Origin: Octopus vulgaris
Lineage: Eukaryota
Direction: 5' to 3'
NCBI GenBank assembly: GCA_951406725.2
Contig: OX597834.1
Location: 13,826,001 to 13,890,000, forward strand
Length of the DNA stretch: 64,000 nucleotides
Numbering within the stretch: the first letter of the stretch is position 1; every line of letters begins with the position of its first letter. Of this stretch, positions 54,284-64,000 are shown one piece after another. The notes beneath the pieces were generated by a model. It was not told where the DNA came from. It made no database searches and was given only the letters and a program-made list of their open reading frames with translations. Position numbers and translations under genes: made by a program.

Positions 54284-54736
54284 TATGTATCTGTATGTAG
54301 GAGTATATATGTGTGTGTGTGTATGTATATGCGGGTATATATATATATATGTATATTTATTGGTGTATATGTATAGACTAGCCTCCTAAAGTGTAGACAC
54401 GAATCTGTAGGTACGAGTACGTATGTGTATATACGTGAACGTATGTAGATGTTTGTATGTATGAATATAACGCGTGCGTACGTGTATGTGTATGAGTGTA
54501 CGAATGGGTGAATGTACGTGCTAATGAGTGTGCGTGCGGGAATGAGTACTTGCCTTCTAGTAGACAGACAAATGGACAGGCAGCCATTGCCAGGATTCTT
54601 AGCCCTAGCGATCAAAGATAACAAAAGTAATAAATGAAGATAATAAAATTAAAATTAGGGAATGGGCCTGTATTGGATTGTATATATATATATATGTATA
54701 TGTATATTTGTATGTATGTATGTGTGTATGTGTAGG

Positions 54737-54785
<49 letters not shown>

Positions 54786-55201
54786 GTGTGTGTATATATA
54801 TGTGTATGTATGTATGTGTGTGTAGATACGTATACATGTGTGTATAGGTATAAGTGAGAATCTCCTTATTTACCTATAACTCTATCCCCCCTTTTTTATA
54901 TATATATTTTTTTATATTTTTTTTATATATATATATTTTATATATATATTTTTTATATATATTTTTTATATTTTTTATTTTTTTATTTTTTTATTTTTTT
55001 TATTTTTTTATTTTTTATTTTTTTTTTTTTTTTTTTATTTATCTATTTTATTTATCTATTCTTTCATCTAACTTACCACTGACTCCTTGACCACTCCCCC
55101 GAGTATGATATTTTGCGCTATGCCTACCCCCAAAAAGTCCCCCACCACCACTCCTTTAAACCTGCCTAAATGTATAAATGCTAATACAATTCTTGTTAAA
55201 T

Positions 55202-55252
55202 AGCTTCCTGAAGATTTCTCTTGAATGAAACAGTACTAGTCCTGTAGAAGCT
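55202..55252 (+). ncRNA. Type I hammerhead ribozyme-like motif
   Basis: Stem I AGCTTC/GAAGCT; core CTGAAGA; stem II TTC/GAA (T-T at the first pair); GAAA; stem III ACAG/CTGT with a palindromic ACTAGT loop; GUA cleavage triplet at 55244-55246. Confidence 0.65.
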
Positions 55253-55335
55253 CCTTCTATATAATAAATTAATTTTACTCTGCTATGTATTGAGTACCTT
55301 ACTTACTGTGGTTAACCCCGAATCAACCCGGGACC

Positions 55336-55374
<39 letters not shown>

Positions 55375-55562
55375 TTACATACATACGTATATATATATGT
55401 ATATGTATATATATTTATATATATATATATATATATATAAGCATGGGTGTGTCCGTGTATATGTCTGCGTGTATACTTGCACATTTTACACCTGCATATG
55501 CCTAAGTGTGTGTGTGTGTGTGCATGTGTGTATGCTTGTGTGTGTCTGTGTATTTTAATATT

Positions 55563-55609
<47 letters not shown>

Positions 55610-56504
55610 AGACATTGGTGAGAGTACACGCATGCGTGTCTGGCTGATGCAGACATGAAGTTGGAGAAAAAAGAGGGAGATGTATAAAGATTGTACGACA
55701 CATCTCACCATAGAAAAACTCGGTCGAAGAATCGAAGACTTGCATAGCGGTATTAATTTACTTGTAGAGAAGGTATATTTGTATGCGTCAGTGCGTGTGC
55801 TTGACAATATATTAAAATTTGTATACATGCAAATCTGCATTGATGTATATACATCTTATACACTTCGACATTCACCCCTCTCAACTAGATATACTTACAT
55901 CAATATAGTTATCAATGATGTATGAGTCCCATCTTCGTGCAACGGAAGTTGTTCGCGCGATAAGGAAAGAAAATTCTGAAAAATGAGAATTGTACTCACC
56001 AAAACAGCAAAAATGCAATATTTTAATATGCTAAAAGTTGCCTTAAAAATTACTTTTGTTCATATTTAATAACATCCTCAGAAATCTACTGCGTTTAACC
56101 TTTGAAGTTTCTGAAAATTTAATATTCTATATTTCACTTCCTGCATTAATATTCTAGCGACTAAAAGATTTTTTCTGAAATTTGTTTGCACAGTATGGGA
56201 AAAGATAAGGGAGCCTGATTTAATATTTTCATAGTGAAAATGAAAATGAAAATGAAAGAAAAATACCGTCTTACTATTGTTACACTGCTTCGACTAAAAT
56301 CCAGGTGTTATTTGTTGGTTACCTCTGTAGAATTCATAAAATATAACGCTGAGCAAGTCAGAAATGGAGGAATATTAGAGAAGTCCAATATATTGGTCGA
56401 ATTATATAGCCTAATCACTGCACTAAAATGGTCCCAACCATGCACATCCTCAGATCTTAAGGATATGTATCTAATTATATAATATTTATTTTCAATGGAT
56501 GGAA

Positions 56505-56882
56505 GAACTCCGTCGGTTACGACGACGAGGACTCCGGTTGATCCGAATCAACGGAACAGCCTGCTCGTGAAATTAACGTGCAAGTGGCTGAGCACTCCAC
56601 AGACACGTGTACCGTTAACGTAGTTCTCGGGGATATTCAGCGTGACACAGAGAGTGACAAGGCCGGCCCTTTGAAATACAGGTACAACAGAAACAGGAAG
56701 TAAGAGTGAGAGAAAGCTGTGGTGAAAGAGTACAGCAGGGATCACCACCATCCCCTGCCGGAGCGTCGTGGAGCTTTAGGTGTTTTCGCTCAATAAACAC
56801 TCACAACGCCCGGTCTGGGAATCGAAACCGCGATCCTATGACCGCGGGTCCGCTGCCCTAACCACTGGGCCATTGCGCCTCC
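56505..56882 (-). mobile_element. SINE family C, full length
   Basis: Reverse complement of 16676-17057. Confidence 0.85.
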
Positions 56883-57418
56883 AATCTGTTGTGGCAATCT
56901 AAGTGCAGTTTGAGTTTTATTTCTACCAAGACGATTGACTACACAGACGCTCCCTCATTGAAAAAATGCCTACATTTATATTTTTGCTATGGTTGTTTAT
57001 TCTCAATTAGGTACCGATTGAGCTGAATTTTGAAACACATATTTCGAGGCGTGATCATGCCATCCTTTAAAATAGTATTTATAACTACATTATCCAATAT
57101 ACCTGTTGCTTTATTTAGGCGGGGGTGTTTAGGCTTAAGTCCAACTTCTTGAAGATTAATTGTGAGTTGCGGTGATGTTTCGCACGGAAGCAACTCTGTA
57201 ATATCAGGCGTAATATAACGCCATCCAACAACGACAAATCCATTCTAATTTCAGATAATATATATTTATCTTTTAACTTTCATATCCTACATGTTTCAGT
57301 CGTTACACTAGCTTTCTGCCTCGATATTGTAGTCTCGAAGGAATGAATCCACCCAAGTAATTCTACTTTAAGCCTACTATTTATTCTACCGGATACAAAG
57401 ACACCCCACACACACATG

Positions 57419-57457
<39 letters not shown>

Positions 57458-57593
57458 AAGGTATGAGAGGTAATGGTGTGAATAAGACATAATGGTGTCG
57501 GGTAATGCTGAGTAAGTGCTGTGGATAGATATAAGTTAAGCCCCAGGTTCGGTGATCATACGAACGTCCAACGTAGATCATATATTAGCATGC

Positions 57594-57672
<79 letters not shown>

Positions 57673-58291
57673 TGTAAAGTAAATGCTATTTGACAACATA
57701 TATTAGCTGTCCTGAATAGGACGATATTACTGTTGTTCTATCCGCAAGAAACATCGTTTGTAGCTGGTTATACGACGCACTATCTGTGTCCTTCTATTTG
57801 AGAACAGGGAGGAAAGAAATAATCACGAGACTTTGGTCGTTCCAAGGCTGCTGCTGCAGAAAACACTTGTCCAAGATGCCACGCAGTAAAACTGAACAGG
57901 GATCCATGTTACAGGAAAGAACGATTCTTACAACACAACTGCACCCTAGCTGAAGGCAATATCAATAGTTGATATCTCCGTATGTCAAATTTGTGGAAAC
58001 TAATGCATTAGTAGAGCGAAATCTGGCTGCTATTTCGAACACGTCGAGGGAAAATTTTCATAAAAATGGTAATATTACTGATCAGCAATGAGAGAAACAT
58101 GAAGATGACTCAAAACACTAATGCAAGTTCAGTGATTTTCAGAGATTAACGGTAACTATTTAAGCAAGTTATAAAAAGCATTTCGGTAAAATTAATATTT
58201 AAGTATATAATTATGAAAATGTTTTTTTTTTTATTTTGCTATCCGTTGCTATAATCATTTCAATGATTTTATCCTCAATGTATGTATATAA

Positions 58292-58509
58292 TACTCTTTT
58301 ACTCTTTTACTTACTTGTTTCAGTCGTTTGACTGCGGCCATGCTGGAGCACCGCCTTTAATCGAGCAACTCAACCCCGGGGCTTATTCTTTTGTAAGACC
58401 AGTACTTATTCTATCGGTCACTTTTGCCGAACCGCTAAGTGACGGGGACGTAAACACACCAGCATCGATTGTCAAGCAATGCTAGGGGGACAAACACAGA
58501 CACACAAAC

Positions 58510-58582
<73 letters not shown>

Positions 58583-58759
58583 CATATACATATATACGAC
58601 AAGCTTCTTTCAGTTTCCGTCTACCAAATCCACTCACAAGGCATTGGTCGGCCCGGGGCTATAGCAGAAGACACTTACGCAAGATGCCACGCAGTGGGAC
58701 TGAACCCGGAACCATGTGGTTGGTTAGCAAACTACTTACCACACAGTCACTCCTGCGCC
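58292..58759 (-). mobile_element. SINE family A, full length
   Basis: Reverse complement of the 19132 copy. Confidence 0.85.
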
Positions 58760-59544
58760 TATGTATATAATGTGTATTAAATTTTCTTATTTTTCTTCAA
58801 TATTCATCATCGACCGTTTGAGTGGATGAGATGATAAATGTATAATATAAAGACTCAAAATTGTAAGTGTATGTCTAAATCCACAGTTATATTTTCCCAC
58901 CAACTCGATGGTTAGTGCATATAGATTTTGGGGAATAAATGAAAATTGTATAGAGACTGATGGTCGCTGTTTAAATCTACTGAAACATATGGAAGACAAA
59001 TCATTGAAAACAGAAATCTGTCATCTGAAAACTAAAAGGAAATAGCTTGAAACATTGAAATATTATGTAAAGCAAATATTTTCAGAAGTGTAGGCATTTA
59101 ACAAAAGTTATTAATATAATCAAGTAGCAGCGACACAGCTACTATATAGATCAATAATCACACCTCATGAATGTGTCAATAGTTATATTAAAAATAAGAT
59201 TTATATAACTGTATGTAAAAGCAGCAGAAATAAAGCAAATAACTGGTGAATTTGAAATATTTTGATAAATAGCAACAGAGAAAACATCTTAATCTACGTT
59301 ATGAATTTCGAAATTTAAACAGAAAAGATAGCGGAGCAGTTAAACGTATAGAAAGAGTTCTTAAAATACGTACGTACATGTGTTTGCGTCTGATTGTACA
59401 CTCTACTAAATCTCTGCTGGTATTTAACTGGTATTTTGTGGTGTTGAGAGTCTGCAATTTTCACTGACGAAGGATATAGCCAGAGTAAGACGAAAACGGT
59501 GATTATTTACTGCAATATCTTTAACTGATGCTGTAGAGATTCAT

Positions 59545-59958
59545 ATTTCTTTATTGCCCACATGGGGCAAAACATAGAGGGGACGAACAAGGACAAACAA
59601 AGGGATTAAGACGATTAGATAGACCTCAGTGCGTAACTGGTACTTTATTTTTCGACCCCGAAAGTATGAAAGGCAAAGTCGACCTCGGCAGAATTTGAAC
59701 TCAGAATGTAATGGCAGACGAAATACCTATTTCTTTAATAATCACAAGGGGCTAAACACAGAGGGGACAAACAAAGACAGACAAACGGATTAAGTCGATT
59801 AGATCGACGCCAGTGCGTAACTGGTACGTTATTTATCGACCCCGAAAAGATTAAAGGCAAAGTCGACCTCGGCAGAATTTGAACTAAACTCAGAACGTAA
59901 TGACTGACGAAATATCGCTAAGCATTTCGCCCACTGTGCTAACGATTCTGCCAGCTCT
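59545..59958 (-). mobile_element. SINE family B tandem dimer
   Basis: Two bodies joined at gacgaaatacctatttc. Confidence 0.8.
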
Positions 59959-60145
59959 CCAACTTCTCTGTAGAGTTTCTGTACTTTTCCGTACTGATCC
60001 TGTAGAGATTCTATTAGTGCAAACCACATCCGACCTATAGAATTCACGATATTATCAATTTTATACATGAACACGCTTAATAACTGTTGAAGATGCACGG
60101 TTTCGGTTTCTTTTTCCTGGCAATTAACTGACCGGTTATGTCAAC

Positions 60146-60406
60146 GGTACTGGACGTATCGAGGCGGCGAGCTGGCAGAAACGTTAGCACGCCGGGCGAA
60201 ATGCTTAGCGGTATTTCGTCTGCGTTACGTTCTGAGTTCTAATTCCGCCGAGGTCGACTTTGTCTTTCATCCTTTCGAGGTCGATTAAATAAGTACCAGT
60301 TACGCACTGGAGTCGATATAATCGACTTGCTCCGTTTGCCTGTCCTTGTTTGTAGCCTCTGTGTTTAGCGCCTTGTGGGTAATAGAGAAATAGGTACTGG
60401 ACGTAT
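60146..60406 (+). mobile_element. SINE family B with 14-bp TSD GGTACTGGACGTAT
   Basis: Direct repeats at 60146-60159 and 60393-60406. Confidence 0.88.
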
Positions 60407-61895
60407 GAAAAAAGTAAGTTCACCGCATTGACGGAAGTTGAACTTATTCACATATTGTTGAATGTTTTATCGGCGACGTTACGGTTCGGCACCTGTATTG
60501 CTACTTCCACTATTCTCCATCACGCTAAATATATCTCTCTATATATAAACGGCAAAATGTCTGTGTGCGTTTCCTTTATATAAATCCACAATTTTTCAGT
60601 TAGAGTGCACGCACTTTCTATGGTCATTCAAAACCGTCTAAGGGTGGTCGTGTACGTCTTTACATTTCTCCAGTAACCCCGCAAAGCCATTAAAAAATCA
60701 ATAGAAGTGACTTTTTTGTGAATTTTCTATCCAAAACCCAAGCAAAATGCACGAAACCTGATACGCCAATTGAATTCCAGCTAGCTCTATGTGATTGGTT
60801 TGAGATTTGGACAGTACACGCGCGCGCACGCAGCTGTATATGCATGCTTTAGCACTATGACCCGGAGTTGCTGGGTCATAGTGCTAGTTAGGAATAAAAA
60901 TATTGGTAGTTTGTGAGGCAATATGCTATAAAGCGAAGACAGATATCGGAGAATATTCTGTAGAAATGTTAGATCATCAGATGTAAATGGGATGGGATAT
61001 AAACATATAGCAAAGTGAATAAACGAGTATGTAGCGCCCGAAGAGTGAAGGAAAGTATCATATATTATAGAAGCTGAAGAACAAGAGAAAGTATTTGCTG
61101 CAATAATAAAATATAGCATGACATTTTGTTCTGAGGTGAATCGCATATGTTTTCATGAAAGATTAAGCTATCAGTAACTTATAAGGTATTAAGAATGAAA
61201 TAGCATTATCACAATATTTGTGTAGCTTCTAGATTGAATTTTCTGTAGTCAGTGATAGACAGAAACTTTTCATGTTAAGGGTTGTACGAAAGACACAGCA
61301 TATACATTTTATGAAACGGCATGGAGAGTTTCGGAAGATATTTTGTGTTATTGTGGAAGCGGTTAGAAGCGGAGATGTGTAAATAAAACGCATAGGACAA
61401 CATGCAGTTATCACGTAACAAGTAAAGCTCTTATTTGTTAAAATTCTATGGATTTTAGCGAGGGATTTGCGAGATATGACGGTTCAGAATTCAGGGTGAG
61501 TTTCGTTTCATCTAGTATACAGCCACTGATATAATTGTACAATGCTGTTATTGAATGTTGTATAATATTAATTTTCGTTTGTCAACTGCCTTTTGTTTGT
61601 GATAGCTTCTAGTTTGCTTAATACTTTTCTTTTGCAAATACTTTGTTTAAAAGGTGGGCCGAACCAGATGGTAATTAGTCTATTCTACGTGTATACGGCT
61701 TTGTTCCAATTTTAAGAATTTCCTCTGAATCTGCTGCGCTCACCATAGGAAATATGGCTTCGTCCAATGTACGTAAAAATATACGTACATATACACACCA
61801 ATATTCACGTGGTATTATCTATAGCTGTTACGTACTTCAAAATCCAAATCCAAAACAGAATTACTAGGTTCCTGTTATCTCGAAAGGTTATGAAC

Positions 61896-62289
61896 GCTGT
61901 GGGGTAAGCAGCTTGGTAACCAACCACATTGTTCCGGGTTCAGTCCCACTGCGTAGCATCTTGGGCAAGTGTCTTCTGCTATAGCCCCGGGCCGACAAAT
62001 GCCTTGTGAGTGGATTTGGTAGACGGAAAATGAAAGAAGCCTGTCGTATATATGTATATATATGTATGTGTGTGTGTTTGTGTGTCTGTGTTTTTCCCCT
62101 AGCATTGCTTGACAACCGATGCTGGTGTGTTTACGTCCCCGTCACTTCGCGGTTCGACAAAAGAGACCGATAGAATAAGTACTGGGCTTACAAAGAATAA
62201 GTCCCGGGGTCGAGTTGCTCGACTAAAGGCGGTGCTCCAGCATGGCCGCAGTCAAATGACTGAAACAAGTAAAAGAGAAAAAAGAGAGT
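61896..62289 (+). mobile_element. SINE family A
   Basis: Same core and tail. Confidence 0.85.
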
Positions 62290-62775
62290 ATACGTACATA
62301 CATACATTCAAATATATGTATATATAAACAAGTGCATGCGCTAACACACGCGCAGGCAGACATATATAGCAGCAAAACCAACGCCAAGAAATTACTAGGA
62401 ATAGCTGAGCTTTAGCTTAGCTGAAATATGTTTGTGACTAGGGAGGGAAAATTATCTTATATGGTAGTATGTGTAAAGGCCACAAAATGGGCACGTACTG
62501 TATACATGTTGAATCTCATGCGGACGTCTGTGTATAGTTCTTCAAATTATATTGCAAAGACAATCATACTGATGATCTACGGATAATTACGTAAATAATT
62601 ACATAAATGGTAATAGCGAAATTGAGTTATGATTAATGTATAGTTTGTTTCTTTTCATTTGTCATGCTCGCTTACGTTCCGGCGTTTTCTAAATAACCTT
62701 GAGAACATTCCTTTCTTAGTAGTAAGACCATGGCGGATCTACTTCTAGCATAATGGATGCCATCCCTCTTATAAG

Positions 62776-62831
<56 letters not shown>

Positions 62832-62837
62832 CACTAT

Positions 62838-63075
62838 TTACTCTTTATACACTCTTTACTCTTTTACTCTTTTAATTGATTCAGTCATTTGATTGCGGCC
62901 ATGCTGGAGCACCGCCTTTAGTCGAGCGAATCGACCCCGGGACTTATTCTTTGTAAGCCCAGTACTTATTCTATCGGTCTCTTTTGCCGAACCGCTATGT
63001 GACGGGTACGTAAACACACAAGCATCGGTTGTCAAGCAATGCAAGTGGGACAAACACAGACACACAAACATATAT
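62838..63075 (-). mobile_element. SINE family A, 3' half
   Basis: Reverse complement of the family A tail. Confidence 0.8.
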
Positions 63076-63078
63076 ACA

Positions 63079-63123
<45 letters not shown>

Positions 63124-63131
63124 TATGTACG

Positions 63132-63169
<38 letters not shown>

Positions 63170-63201
63170 AAACAGAGATAGTGAGAGTGAGAGGAAGATA
63201 A

Positions 63202-63257
<56 letters not shown>

Positions 63258-63772
63258 TCGCACAATAAAACTTCACACTTTCCAATTAACCGTCACCCAT
63301 GTTTTTACATGCATTTTGAATTACAGGCGAACATAATTTCTACTGACAGGACTAAACATTTCGGCAAGCAGTTGTAGATTAAGCCTTTGTTGTTCGTGTG
63401 TCAAGAATATTTTGCTTAACATATATGCCATATAATGTGCAATGGTCAAAGAATATATGAAATATCGAGAAATTTTATTTCGTAAAGTGTGAATAATATT
63501 CAAGATATCCGTCTGGGAAACGTCATAGTTATTACTGTATGGAATGTTATCACTCAAACCAAATTATATAAAAAAAGCACAGAACCATGATATACTTGTT
63601 GTCTACCCTTTTCCTTTTACAATAGTATAACTTCAAAGAAATATTTTTACTATCGATATAACTATACACATTTATCACGTTATCGGTAAAAAAAAATAAT
63701 TTGATAAAAATTGATAACTCTCTTGAATTTGGGTTAAGTATATCACGAACACGTAGAAGTCAGGCACGTAAC

Positions 63773-63773
<1 letters not shown>

Positions 63774-63834
<61 letters not shown>

Positions 63835-63875
63835 GTTTAACAATGGCGTTATTATTATTATTATTATTATTATTA

Positions 63876-63933
<58 letters not shown>

Positions 63934-63935
63934 GT
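63774..63935. repeat. (TAA)n followed by an inverted (TTA)n trinucleotide repeat
   Basis: Visible; the two tracts are complementary around a short spacer. Confidence 0.9.
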
Positions 63936-64000
63936 CATTCTTATTAATAATAATAATTATTAGTATTATACTGATATTGATAAGAACAAGAAAAACACCA

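Larger units (their letters stand above)
53497..55268. repeat. ~350-bp inverted repeats (about 53497-53850 and 54890-55268) bracketing a ~1-kb microsatellite-rich spacer; Penelope-like pLTR
   Basis: The unique ~200-bp parts of the arms are essentially perfect reverse complements. Confidence 0.9.

Noticed and set aside
55899-56030. Minus-strand exon-like segments (55899-55975 and 56000-56030)
   Set aside because: The two are separated by only 24 nt, there is no consistent chain of partner exons, and no recognisable protein; insufficient support.

Overview
AT-rich, microsatellite-dense eukaryotic DNA. The repeat content suggests a coleoid cephalopod, probably Octopus (inference). Almost all ORFs in the supplied track are (TA)n/(TG)n artefacts. 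The main signal, which the ORF track misses, is the 3' part of a + strand spliced gene (1275-27702) built largely from tiny exons: five consecutive 15-nt exons, then exons of 39, 36, 30, 24, 63 and 93 nt (all eleven symmetric phase 2-2 and multiples of 3), then a 74-nt exon and a terminal exon. Spliced, they give an uninterrupted 169-aa frame with an RTKR furin-like site, 6 Cys and a C-terminal GPI-anchor-like signal. The first three micro-exons sit in tandemly duplicated intron cassettes whose intronic flanks are much better conserved than the exons, as in schistosome micro-exon genes. The rest of the window holds three tRNA-derived SINE families, non-autonomous Helitron-like elements, mariner/Tc1 remnants, CR1/L2- and RTE-type LINE fragments, and Penelope-like inverted repeats carrying hammerhead-ribozyme-like motifs. 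There are weak candidate exons of a second + strand gene after 41.7 kb. All calls were made by eye; repeat boundaries are approximate.
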